Origin: a virus
Taxonomy: Duplodnaviria; Caudoviricetes
Virus record (IMG/VR): IMGVR_UViG_3300042191_000051
Location: 1-48,096 of that record
Reading direction: 5' to 3' (one strand)
DNA length: 48,096 nt
Positions 28,900-37,522 of the stretch are shown one piece after another (the first letter of the stretch is position 1; every line of letters begins with the position of its first letter). Under the pieces are notes generated by a model, which worked only from the letters and a program-made list of their open reading frames with translations, did no database searches and was not told where the DNA came from. Both the position numbers and the translations under genes were made by a program.

Positions 28900-29352
28900 T
28901 TAATCGGTTTTCGGTTTTCCGACCGCCTGGAATGCTTGCTTAGTCTCCTGCAGTAATCTTTTCTGGACAGTTGCCGCCTGGCGTTTGCGCTCGGCGGCTT
29001 TCTTCTCGGCGAGTTTGGCGAATTTGAGTTCCTTTTCGATTTTGGTTTCCACTCGCAAAGTGTTGGCAGGTTTTTTGTTCGAGCGCGGGATTGAGACTTC
29101 CGGCGGCTTTTCCAGCAGCAGGTTCAGCCAGTAAGTGAGAGCGCAATGTTTACGTTTCTCGAATCCTGCCCGGGCAAGTGCCTTGCCGAATGCGACACGA
29201 CCCGGCGAGCCTTTCAGCGCTCCAGTTTGTGCGACGTAGGTTTCAAAGTCGGCAAGTAGATCGCCGGCGTAAGTTTCGCCCTTGGATTCAAAGCAGTTGT
29301 CTTTGATCCAGGCGGAAACGGCAAGGTCTAGTTTTGTGTTGTCGTAACTCAT
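28900..29352 (-). CDS. Stand-alone primase/D5 C-terminal-like winged-helix protein
   Basis: AVSAWIKDNC...LLADFETY...G...FGKALARAGFEKRK aligns by eye with the C-terminus of 31031..33487. Confidence 0.55.
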   Translation of the reverse strand: MSYDNTKLDLAVSAWIKDNCFESKGETYAGDLLADFETYVAQTGALKGSPGRVAFGKALARAGFEKRKHCALTYWLNLLLEKPPEVSIPRSNKKPANTLRVETKIEKELKFAKLAEKKAAERKRQAATVQKRLLQETKQAFQAVGKPKTD

Positions 29353-29354
29353 GA

Positions 29355-30281
29355 TTAATGCTCCATTGCTTTATGTGCGATTGCGATCAGGTCGATATCC
29401 GCCGCCCCTGCCGCCTCTGCCGCCCCTGCCGCCCATGCCGCCCCTGCCGCCGCCCGTGCCGCCTCTGCCGCCCGTGCCGCCGCCCGTGCTGCCCCTGCCG
29501 CCCGTGCTGCCCCTGCCGCCCCTGCCGCCCCTGCCGCCCCTGCCGCCCCTGCCGCCCCTGCCGCCCATGCCGCCCATGCCGCCTCTGCCGCCTCTGCCGC
29601 CCCTGCCGCCCGTGCCGCCTCTGCCGCCCGTGCCGCCTCTGCCGCCCGTGCCGCCCATGCCGCCCCTGCCGCCCCTGCCGCCCATGCCGCCTCTGCCGCC
29701 CCTGCCGCCCCTGCCGCCCATGCCGCCTCTGCCGCCCGTGCCGCCGCCCCTGCCGCCCATGCCGCCCCTGCCGCCCATGCCGCCTCTGCCGCCCCTGCCG
29801 CCCCTGCCGCCCATGCCGCCTCTGCCGCCCATGCCGCCGCCCCTGCCGCCTCCTTTGTTCTGTCTTTGCCGGACAGCCATCCTTCGGCCCATGCCACAAA
29901 ACCAGGCTCGCGACAAACCTCAAGCGCGCATAGAATACCAAAAGCAATGCGATGGTTCGTTGTCGCTTTTGGCAATTCAATTTCAGCTACAAGCCGCATT
30001 TTCGTAGCGCCAAACTTAAGGCCGCTGTCATTTTTCCGCTTACCGTCAATCTCGATCGTAAAAATACGGGGATCTTCGATGTCGGCGTGTATCGGATTCA
30101 GCAGCACCGCTAACAGCGGGTGGGTGTATCCGTGTAGCCATCCATTGCCGCACAATTCGCCCATGCCTGACGTTTTGCGCCACTCCCCAACGATCCATTG
30201 GTAGCGCTTGTGGCTGGTCATATCCTGATTTACCAGCTTGCATAATTGTTCGTTTTCCATGTTCTGCTCCGTAGTTGTCAT
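29355..30281 (-). CDS. Ala-rich repeat protein (308 aa)
   Basis: Globular N-terminus (LCGNGWLHGY.HPLLA) followed by 48 AA(G/W/E/R) units; GGAG RBS. Confidence 0.75.
   Translation of the reverse strand: MTTTEQNMENEQLCKLVNQDMTSHKRYQWIVGEWRKTSGMGELCGNGWLHGYTHPLLAVLLNPIHADIEDPRIFTIEIDGKRKNDSGLKFGATKMRLVAEIELPKATTNHRIAFGILCALEVCREPGFVAWAEGWLSGKDRTKEAAGAAAWAAEAAWAAGAAGAAEAAWAAGAAWAAGAAARAAEAAWAAGAAGAAEAAWAAGAAGAAWAARAAEAARAAEAARAAGAAEAAEAAWAAWAAGAAGAAGAAGAAGAAGAARAAGAARAAARAAEAARAAAGAAWAAGAAEAAGAADIDLIAIAHKAMEH
29401..29850 (-). repeat. 9-bp coding minisatellite GCGGCA(GGG/TGG/CGG/GAG), 48 units
   Basis: Directly visible; four units carry an extra GCG codon. Confidence 0.95.
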
Positions 30282-30296
30282 AATTAATACTCCATT

Positions 30297-30461
30297 TTAT
30301 TTCTTATCATCCCAAATCAAACCGAGATACAGGGGCCATGCGGCCAATGCCGTGATAATAATAACCAGCAGGCCAAACCATCTGTGCGTATCTTCGTACC
30401 TGTTGAAAATAAAACCACACGTGAAGAAATATCCAATAAACCATATTAAAACGTCCATCAT
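30297..30461 (-). CDS. Small two-TM membrane protein (54 aa)
   Basis: Manual translation MMDVLIWFIGYFFTCGFIF...LLVIIITALAAWPLYLGLIW; GAGGAG RBS. Confidence 0.55.
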   Translation of the reverse strand: MMDVLIWFIGYFFTCGFIFNRYEDTHRWFGLLVIIITALAAWPLYLGLIWDDKK

Positions 30462-30472
30462 TCCGTTACTCC

Positions 30473-30709
30473 TCACTCGATTGCCGCCAGTGCTTTTTGA
30501 GCAATCCTATTGCCGTCACTGTTCCCTAATTGATCTCCGTTTCCAAGTCTGGACAGTATTTCAAGCGCGGAGTGTAGCAGTGCAATTTCATCAATCAAGG
30601 CATCTATATTCAGCGCACTTTCTGTCATAAAAAATATTGTTCTCTTCATCCCATCAGTTAATTGCTGTAATTCTTTAATTGCGCTCACTTCATCACCTCT
30701 TTTCGACAA
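30473..30709 (-). CDS. Hypothetical protein
   Basis: Operon-oriented ORF ending GNSDGNRIAQKAL; start uncertain. Confidence 0.5.
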   Translation of the reverse strand: MSKRGDEVSAIKELQQLTDGMKRTIFFMTESALNIDALIDEIALLHSALEILSRLGNGDQLGNSDGNRIAQKALAAIE

Positions 30710-30727
30710 TCGCCAAAGCGTACCTCG

Positions 30728-30886
30728 TTATGGGCGGTCATTTGGCAGGGCCTGGCTTAGCTGATCGGCCGCAACAGCCAGCATATGCGTGCTATGGCTA
30801 TCCGTTCTGGTCATATGATCGTTATCTTCCAGCCAGTGATTTACCAGCCCTCTGATTCCGAGTTCTTTTCCGTCTTTACCTTTCAT
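30728..30886 (-). CDS. Hypothetical protein (52 aa)
   Basis: Manual ORF MKGKDGKELGIRGLVNHW...; GGAG RBS and ATGA coupling. Confidence 0.45.
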   Translation of the reverse strand: MKGKDGKELGIRGLVNHWLEDNDHMTRTDSHSTHMLAVAADQLSQALPNDRP

Positions 30887-31038
30887 TGTCTTTTCTCCAT
30901 CAGTTGCACACGTTTTTCGTTTTCACGATTCTTGCGAATCTGGTATTGCCTTGCCGTGATAGTTTCAACAGGCGCGTACATTTTTCCAGCCTTAAAACCA
31001 TCGGCCACTTTTTTCTCGAAACGGGTTGCTTTAGTCAT
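30883..31038 (-). CDS. Hypothetical basic protein (51 aa)
   Basis: Manual ORF MTKATRFEKK...; overlaps the primase stop. Confidence 0.45.
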   Translation of the reverse strand: MTKATRFEKKVADGFKAGKMYAPVETITARQYQIRKNRENEKRVQLMEKRQ

Positions 31039-33487
31039 TGTATCCTGTCTCCGTCCAGTGTTGTTTTGATTCAGGCAATTGTCTGACAGCTATGCCTTGA
31101 ACAGCCATTTCTCCGCCGCGCTTTACAGAATTCAGTCCGCGGAACGCCAGTTGATCTGTAAACCGTCGGCGCGGGAGCGCATATTCGCCGTTGGATCTCG
31201 CCCATTGGGTATATGCGTTATAAATGATGGAACTTGGCGCCCACAGACCCGGTGATAGTTCGCAGCGATCATCGATAAACGCGCCGAGCGTATCCTGGTC
31301 AGCAAAATACTCTTCGGTGGTCGCCAGCACACGATCCGGCGGGTTCAGTCCCATTTTCTGCCACGCCAGGCACCCATTGATCGCCCATTGCAGAATTCCC
31401 GATCCTTCGGCGCGTAACTTTTGTTCCAGACCACCATCACGATCAGCGGCCGGCACGGTCACGGTGAACGGGATCATGTGCAGCCTGCGCCGGATGGCTT
31501 CATCCACATTGCGAAGCAGCGGTTTATGATTGCCTGAAAACAAGAGTTTGAATGTGGGCTGGAATGTGAAGGGATTTTGGTATTTATGCTCCGCGGTAAT
31601 CGGATCGCCGCCAGTCATTTCTTTGATTCTGGATTCATTCCAGCGCTTACCCTCTTCGGTTTCGCTGGCGGTGACAAGGCGCGCGCCCTGGAAATAGGCA
31701 ATTTCGCTCGAGTGTTTTGCAAATCGTTGTTCGGTAAACGTGTCCATATTCGACTTGCGCCAGTAATTATTCATCAGCCATGAAATCTGATTCATGAACG
31801 TGCCCTTGCCGTTGCCGCCAGTGCCGTAGACAAAGAAAAACACCTGTTCGGCGGTCGATCCGGTCAGGCAGTAGCCGGCCAGGCGCTGCATATAATCGAT
31901 CAGTGTCTGATCATTTTTCGTTGCAGTCTGAAGAAATTTCAGCCATGTCTCACAACCGCCACCAGGGCCGACGACTGTCGATTTGCTTGAGTAATCCTCG
32001 CGGTTCGCCGGCCTGAGTTTTCCAGTTTTAAGTTCAACCACTCCCGCCGGAGTGTTGAGGATCCAGGGATCAGAATCGAATTGTGATGGCACGGACGCAT
32101 GGCGCCTGTCGGATTGGCAGATGCCGGCAACATTGGCAAACATCTTCCGGGTGCTGATTAACGTGGCGATTTTATCTGCTTTGGCCCCAAGATCAGCGCG
32201 CTTTTGCGCTTCGGTCGCGGCTTTTTTACAAATCTTCCGCGAGAGATCCAGCACCAGGCCGGTTTCGTCGTTGCGCCACTGGTTGTCGCGCCACTCCAGC
32301 CAGTTGCCCCACGCGCCGACATAGATCATCGTGTTGTGATATTTTTTTGAGAATGCTTCGGCCAGTGCGTCTTCGGAATACTCCGGCGGTATGCCCAGGT
32401 CTTCGGATAATTTTTTAATCGGCACCACGTTGCTTTGCAGCGGCGGGTACTTTTCGATAAACGCGGTATGGCGGTGCGCTCCCTGATCTTTAATCGTATC
32501 GAGTTTTCTCCGGCTTCGGTAATTCCCTGTCTGAACGTGATCCTTGAACCACTGCAGCAAATCGGTATCGTTTATCCCGGTAGCCAGCAGATCGAAAATA
32601 TCGTGGCCTTTTGGCTGGCCGGCCACGTCGATATGGCGGAGTTTGGACGGGTCACATTGCCGGCCGATTTCAGCCATTGAATCTAACCCGGTCACGTCCG
32701 CGTCAGCGTACAAGAGAACATGACGATATTTCAGCGGTGACAGATCGTTTTTCAATACCGCCTGATCGCCGCCCATAGTCGTGACAACGACAAATTTCGG
32801 TAGCCTGGCACTCGCTGCGACCTTACATTTTTCACCCGAGACAACGAGCACATGGGCTTCAGGGCGCGCGGCAAGTTCATCCAATCCCATCAGCGGGTAC
32901 GGTGTTTTCATGCGCTTGGAACACCATCTACGCACGCCTCCAGGCCCTTCGCAATAAGTTATAACCGGTGTAATTTTCTCATTGTTAATCGTAAATCGCG
33001 TGACATAGCAGATCAGTTCACCATTGCCATCAAAATAGGGATCAATGCGCTCTGGTTTATGGCAACGAACGGCACAGGCTTTCGGGTTATACGTTTCGGC
33101 CGGATTGTATTCCGGCGCATCATCCGGCACCGGGATAATCGGTTCCCAGCATTTAGATTCGTCCGGTTTCAGACTCGGCCTGGCCAGCGGGTGCGCGGAT
33201 TCTGGCATTGATCCGCCGGTAAGTATCCGGGCGGCTTCGGCGCTATCCACGCTGTTCATACCGGCCACGAAATCGATCACATCGCCGCTGGCCTCACACG
33301 CGAAACAGTTGTAACGCCAGATTCCATCATTGCCCTCGAAAAACGCCAGTGAAGGTTTAGTATCGTTATGGAAAGGGCAAAGGCATTTGTATTCAGAGCC
33401 TTGTTTTTCTAATTCGCAGTACCTGGCGGCTACGTCAATCAGGTTGTGGGCGTGGCGTATCGCGCGGAAATCTATTTTATCGGTCAT
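31031..33487 (-). CDS. Primase-helicase (CHC2 zinc finger, TOPRIM-like, D5/P4-family SF3 helicase, winged helix)
   Basis: CPFHNDTKPS...CFAC; SGEKC and YADAD; YGTGGNGKGT Walker A; TASE; IKEMTGGD; SGNHKP. Confidence 0.92.
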   Translation of the reverse strand: MTDKIDFRAIRHAHNLIDVAARYCELEKQGSEYKCLCPFHNDTKPSLAFFEGNDGIWRYNCFACEASGDVIDFVAGMNSVDSAEAARILTGGSMPESAHPLARPSLKPDESKCWEPIIPVPDDAPEYNPAETYNPKACAVRCHKPERIDPYFDGNGELICYVTRFTINNEKITPVITYCEGPGGVRRWCSKRMKTPYPLMGLDELAARPEAHVLVVSGEKCKVAASARLPKFVVVTTMGGDQAVLKNDLSPLKYRHVLLYADADVTGLDSMAEIGRQCDPSKLRHIDVAGQPKGHDIFDLLATGINDTDLLQWFKDHVQTGNYRSRRKLDTIKDQGAHRHTAFIEKYPPLQSNVVPIKKLSEDLGIPPEYSEDALAEAFSKKYHNTMIYVGAWGNWLEWRDNQWRNDETGLVLDLSRKICKKAATEAQKRADLGAKADKIATLISTRKMFANVAGICQSDRRHASVPSQFDSDPWILNTPAGVVELKTGKLRPANREDYSSKSTVVGPGGGCETWLKFLQTATKNDQTLIDYMQRLAGYCLTGSTAEQVFFFVYGTGGNGKGTFMNQISWLMNNYWRKSNMDTFTEQRFAKHSSEIAYFQGARLVTASETEEGKRWNESRIKEMTGGDPITAEHKYQNPFTFQPTFKLLFSGNHKPLLRNVDEAIRRRLHMIPFTVTVPAADRDGGLEQKLRAEGSGILQWAINGCLAWQKMGLNPPDRVLATTEEYFADQDTLGAFIDDRCELSPGLWAPSSIIYNAYTQWARSNGEYALPRRRFTDQLAFRGLNSVKRGGEMAVQGIAVRQLPESKQHWTETGYND

Positions 33488-35064
33488 GAGAATAAGCGCC
33501 CCTGTGCGGTAATGGGGGTTATTCTTTCTATCGCTAAATCCTGATATTCTGGATTCAACTCAATTCCGATGTACTTTCGGCCTTGCTCAAGCGCGACCTG
33601 TCCGGTGGTCCCAGAACCTGAAAACGGATCCAGCACAACACCACCGGAAGGGCATCCAGCCATCACGCACGGCTCGATTAAATCAGGGGGAAAGGTTGCG
33701 AAATGCGCGCCCTTGTAAGGTTTTGTTGAGACCGTCCAGACGCTGCGGCGGTTGCGTCCAGATAGCGGAGGATTCCAAAACCCTTCGTTTTTTACCGCCG
33801 TCTTTGCACCGCCTATACTGGCAAGTCCCGTCCCGCCGCACGTGTGGCATTCTTCGCCGTTTTCATCTACTTCGTCACCAGACCCATCACAAGCAGAGCA
33901 ATAGATAGCGTGTTTCTTTCTGCTGTCGCTTTTCCCATTAGCCCTGTAACTTACGCTGTCAGGTTTTGCCGTTTCACACGGTTCTTTGATCGCCTCCGCA
34001 TCGTAGTAATACCTCGGGTTTTTACTCAGCAGGAAAATATACTCATGCGCTTTTGTGCATCTGTCGGTAACTGATTCCGGCATCGGGTTCGGCTTGTGCC
34101 AGATGATGTCCTGTCTGAGATAAAACCCAGTCTCATGCAGCGACGGCGGCTCGACTGCCCAATCCGGCATGTCAACGTCCTCGCCGCCATTCAACTTCGA
34201 CAATGCCGCCATCAGCCATGAGCGCTGTTCGTGCTGTTCGGCAAGGTAGCCTTTCTTTTTGCTTTTCAGTCCGCGCTGCATTTCCAAGAAGGTGTATCCG
34301 AGAATTGCTTGCTTGCGCTTCGCTACGAGATACGGATAAATCTCGCGTATGAAAAGAGCCTTGGTGTCCATGCGCTCAACATCCCAACGAAAGCATCTGC
34401 GGTTAGAAACTCCATTGGTCTTTTCGTAAACGTGCTTCACTTCCTGCGGGAATAGGCGCTCGCACTTGTCGATGATCGGCACCGATGTATTCGTGATGCC
34501 GATGTAGATGTTTGTCTTGGTGCGGTCGCCCGTCAAGTACTCTGTCCCACAGATAGAACCCTCTGCATCAAGCATCGCGGCCAGCCAAACGCGGTCAAGT
34601 TCGTTCTTGATGCGTCCGGTGTAGTACGGCTGTTGCAATGCGAAGGCGACACGCCAGGGTATGCCAATCAGGTCTTTGTGTTTGATTGAAGAACCGTGAA
34701 AAGTAGAAGCCATACGGTTAGACGCGCTCCCTTTAGGAACCAGTGTTCCTGTGCTATCTCCGCGAGTTGTGTCGGGCGTTGCTTTTCCGTCACGATAGTT
34801 GGCATAAGAGTCCCCCAAATTCAACCACACCGTACCGTCGTCACGCAGCACCCGGCGCACGCCACGAAATACCTCGACCATCTTGGCGACGTAGGCGTCC
34901 GGGGTGCCTTCTAAACCAATCTGACCGTCGTTTCCGTAGTCACGCAGACCAAAGTAAGGGGGCGATGTTATACAGGTATTGACGGACTGATCGGGCAGTT
35001 CCGCAAGCACATCAATACAGCATCCGGTGTACAGGGTGGCATCACCTATTGTTTCAATTCTCAT
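33484..35064 (-). CDS. Beta-class N4-C/N6-A DNA methyltransferase with in-frame LAGLIDADG domain and Zn-finger insert
   Basis: TSPPY (motif IV), DIIWHKPNPMPESV, HFATFP and LDPFSGSGTT (motif I). Confidence 0.93.
   Translation of the reverse strand: MRIETIGDATLYTGCCIDVLAELPDQSVNTCITSPPYFGLRDYGNDGQIGLEGTPDAYVAKMVEVFRGVRRVLRDDGTVWLNLGDSYANYRDGKATPDTTRGDSTGTLVPKGSASNRMASTFHGSSIKHKDLIGIPWRVAFALQQPYYTGRIKNELDRVWLAAMLDAEGSICGTEYLTGDRTKTNIYIGITNTSVPIIDKCERLFPQEVKHVYEKTNGVSNRRCFRWDVERMDTKALFIREIYPYLVAKRKQAILGYTFLEMQRGLKSKKKGYLAEQHEQRSWLMAALSKLNGGEDVDMPDWAVEPPSLHETGFYLRQDIIWHKPNPMPESVTDRCTKAHEYIFLLSKNPRYYYDAEAIKEPCETAKPDSVSYRANGKSDSRKKHAIYCSACDGSGDEVDENGEECHTCGGTGLASIGGAKTAVKNEGFWNPPLSGRNRRSVWTVSTKPYKGAHFATFPPDLIEPCVMAGCPSGGVVLDPFSGSGTTGQVALEQGRKYIGIELNPEYQDLAIERITPITAQGRLFS
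34135..34632 (-). mobile_element. In-frame single-motif LAGLIDADG homing-endonuclease-like insertion (~166 aa), no intein motifs
   Basis: WLAAMLDAEGSI, IGITNTSVPIID, FRWDV and IYPYLVAKRKQA lie between RVAFALQ and GFYLRQDIIW. Boundaries are approximate to a few codons. Confidence 0.8.
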
Positions 35065-35100
35065 GAGGAAATCCGTTTTCCAATGCCATATTTTTTACAC

Positions 35101-35133
35101 AAAAAAAGCGCCCTGACCGGAGCCAGAGCGCTT
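35101..35133 (-). terminator. Intrinsic terminator upstream of the methyltransferase
   Basis: Minus strand AAGCGCTCTG-GCTCCGGT-CAGGGCGC followed by T7. Confidence 0.75.
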
Positions 35134-35236
35134 CCCAATGGATTGTGAATCCGACATCCATTATGCCGTTCCTGATCGCCCCGGGGAGACAAATCCGCAT
35201 GGACGGGCCAATTCACTTGACCGGACTCATGGAACA

Positions 35237-35752
35237 TTATACCGATTCGATTTGCTTTATGGCAGATTCAAGATCGCTGATCGATGAATGCGGCGTTTTG
35301 AATTTCCCGTAGTGGGCGCAGACTGCTTTGGCGCATTTGAGAAGATTATCGCAAGCCTCTTCCTTCGCGCTGGCCGCTTGAATATAAGGGGCGTCCAGCG
35401 GAACACCTTCGCCTTTTACGAGCGTAATTGGTTCAGGCCTAACTAAAACAGAAGAGCGAACCGGCACGGACACTGACGTTTGCTGTGGGGGGTGGGGATC
35501 AGTGTCAGGAGTGTTGGCTTCCGGTTCGCTCTGTTCAACTGGTGGAGCAGCGGCGGCGCGCCGTTCCAGGTCTACACGATCAAGAGCCGCAATGTGCATG
35601 GCCTCCATTTGCTTGATAGCACCGCGGAACGCTTCGTCGGCTTCTTTCATGCCTTTCGGCGTTTCACAGTCGAACAGTACGTTCGAGAGTTCGGTTCTGA
35701 GTTCCGCAAGCGCGGCTTCTGTCGGTGAGTATTCTGCGATTTGAGTAGTCAT
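35237..35752 (-). CDS. Hypothetical protein (lambdoid coiled-coil-like N-terminus)
   Basis: Probable start MTTQIAEYSPTEAALAEL at 35752 with TAAGGA RBS. Confidence 0.6.
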   Translation of the reverse strand: MTTQIAEYSPTEAALAELRTELSNVLFDCETPKGMKEADEAFRGAIKQMEAMHIAALDRVDLERRAAAAPPVEQSEPEANTPDTDPHPPQQTSVSVPVRSSVLVRPEPITLVKGEGVPLDAPYIQAASAKEEACDNLLKCAKAVCAHYGKFKTPHSSISDLESAIKQIESV

Positions 35753-35792
35753 GATTTCTGTCCTTATCAGGTTTGGTAAATCAGGAGCTAAA

Positions 35793-35821
35793 AGAATACT
35801 CCCTGTATGCAAATATGTAAA
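35793..35821 (-). promoter_or_regulatory. sigma70-like promoter
   Basis: TTTACA (35821-35816), 17 bp spacer, TATTCT (35798-35793). Confidence 0.55.
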
Positions 35822-35829
35822 CACTCAAT

Positions 35830-36270
35830 TTAAATTTCTTTTAAAATTTCCTCCGCATCCTCCGGGGATCGAACAACCCCAGCCAATCCGCCGGCGGCGC
35901 GCACCAGGTCGATAAATTTTTTCTGTGCGGCTCTGAGTCGGCCGGTTTTGGTTTTGACTTCAAGGGCGGTATAGATTGCCAACTTCCTGCCGATCATTTC
36001 AGGCGTGACAACCACTGTATGCCAACCGCCGAGGTCTAACAAGCCTTCAAATCCGGCGTTAAATCTCCGGGCCTTACGCACGATCACATCGCCCTCGTTG
36101 ATCCACTGTAGACCATCATGGTGAAAATACTGCGAGTCTCCAATCCAGGATTTTCCAACGTTCTGCCGGAACAGTCGCGTATTACCGTGGCCGCAATGGA
36201 GCAGGATTCGTTTCTGGATTGGGTTTTCTTTCATTTTGGTTCGCCGGTGGTGGTTGTCATGGTGGGCCAT
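35830..36270 (-). CDS. VRR-NUC-like PD-(D/E)XK nuclease
   Basis: LFRQNVG, GLLDLGG, ALEVKTKTGRL..AQKKF and GGLAGVVRSPEDA motifs; start likely MKENPIQ. Confidence 0.85.
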   Translation of the reverse strand: MAHHDNHHRRTKMKENPIQKRILLHCGHGNTRLFRQNVGKSWIGDSQYFHHDGLQWINEGDVIVRKARRFNAGFEGLLDLGGWHTVVVTPEMIGRKLAIYTALEVKTKTGRLRAAQKKFIDLVRAAGGLAGVVRSPEDAEEILKEI

Positions 36271-36469
36271 ACATATCTAGCAACTCTTGGAGCGAATCAA
36301 CCTGCGCTTCCAGTTCTGCGTTGCGTCGATTAGCGATGATCAGTAAGCCTTCACACGCTTCTTTCTGCTCGTTCAGTTGCGCTTCCAGTTCTGCAATGCG
36401 CTCATCCTTTTTGCAGGATGGGCACTTATAGCCTCTTACTCCGCATAGATAACTCATACAGTCGCTCAT
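36257..36469 (-). CDS. Small coiled-coil accessory protein
   Basis: GAGGTG RBS; RIAELEAQ module. Confidence 0.55.
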   Translation of the reverse strand: MSDCMSYLCGVRGYKCPSCKKDERIAELEAQLNEQKEACEGLLIIANRRNAELEAQVDSLQELLDMYGPP

Positions 36470-36570
36470 TTCGTCACCTCAACCAATGCAATCCCATCAT
36501 CAAATCCCTGATATGCAACCGTGAACCCGTTTGCAAGCAGCGCCATTTCATTCTCCTTTCGTGGTTGTTA

Positions 36571-36828
36571 TCAAAATTTAAACTGCCAGCATTGAGGATC
36601 GTTACACGCTGTTCTTTCATCGTGATTACCGTCACACTTATCCGGCGGCGGCACCCACCCCAACTCAATCAGCGTTTCGCGGATAGCCTGGCTACTGAGG
36701 TTAACAAGTTCAGTCGTTATGTACCCCATGATATGCGTCTGCAGTTCGAGCAACCCATCAGCTTTTTTAACGGCGGTCAGCTTCACGTTTGGCACCGGGA
36801 TGTTTTCAATTTTCCATTCGTTTTTCAT
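36571..36828 (-). CDS. Hypothetical protein (85 aa)
   Basis: AAGGA RBS and ATGA coupling. Confidence 0.55.
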   Translation of the reverse strand: MKNEWKIENIPVPNVKLTAVKKADGLLELQTHIMGYITTELVNLSSQAIRETLIELGWVPPPDKCDGNHDERTACNDPQCWQFKF

Positions 36829-37178
36829 GGGTTGTCCTTTAGTGCTTCGGTAATTAAATCACCTGCGATGTTATAAGCCTCTGTCAAATCAGGACGGTCT
36901 TTTGTCCAAGCAATATTGCCTTTGCCATAAACCATCGCTATAGCCTTTTCAATTCGCTCAACCTGCGCTTCCAGTTCTGCAATGCGTTTTTGTAGTTCCT
37001 TGTTTTGAGTTAATGCTTCATTCGCAACAAGCACGTACCATTGAATTTTTTTATCTTTAGGTGCTGCAAGTGCCCCGGATAATTTATCCAGTTTAGCCTC
37101 CAGTTCTGCAATGCGTTGTCTCATAGCATCCACATCCGCCTGTGACTGACCGCCCGTTGGGTCAAGGTTCATATTCAT
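36825..37178 (-). CDS. Coiled-coil accessory protein (117 aa)
   Basis: Two RIAELEA modules. Confidence 0.55.
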   Translation of the reverse strand: MNMNLDPTGGQSQADVDAMRQRIAELEAKLDKLSGALAAPKDKKIQWYVLVANEALTQNKELQKRIAELEAQVERIEKAIAMVYGKGNIAWTKDRPDLTEAYNIAGDLITEALKDNP

Positions 37179-37206
37179 ATCGTCAACCCCTTCTTATATT
37201 CGTGTT

Positions 37207-37458
37207 TCATATAACCTTCATACTCGACAACAGGGACATTATGAACCCTTCGAGAGCTGCTTTCAGCACTTCAATACGCTTATCACGTTCATCTACGCAT
37301 TTTTGGGTCAATATCAACTTCGCTTCCAGTTCTGCAACGATATTCAGCAGTTCGCCACGGTCTTTGTGGGCTTGTTTTGCATGGATAACGCCTCCACATT
37401 TTGCTGCTCCGTGTCGCTCGTCTCTTTCATGACGTGCCTTAATTTCTTCAGTGCTCAT
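37207..37458 (-). CDS. Accessory protein (83 aa)
   Basis: GAGGTG RBS; EEIKARHE...QAHKDRGELL..VAELEA. Confidence 0.55.
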   Translation of the reverse strand: MSTEEIKARHERDERHGAAKCGGVIHAKQAHKDRGELLNIVAELEAKLILTQKCVDERDKRIEVLKAALEGFIMSLLSSMKVI

Positions 37459-37522
37459 TTCGTCACCTCATGTTATAGGCATAGAGATATATGGACAATA
37501 TATCTACCCATGTTATAGGCGC

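Noticed and set aside
29401-29850. CRISPR array
   Set aside because: The units are 9-bp tandem repeats with no unique spacers, and there are no cas genes.
29351-30007. Poly-Pro, Cys-Arg-Pro, Gly-Gly-Arg and Gly-Arg-Gln ORFs in other frames
   Set aside because: They are by-products of a stop-free GC minisatellite. Only the Ala frame has an RBS, a globular domain and operon context.
34135-34632. MTase insert as an intein or group I intron
   Set aside because: No Hint blocks or terminal HN, and the endonuclease fills nearly the whole insert. Not excluded experimentally.
37469-37520. Integron attC site
   Set aside because: The GTTATAGGC copies are direct rather than inverted, do not fit GTTRRRY, and no integrase is present.
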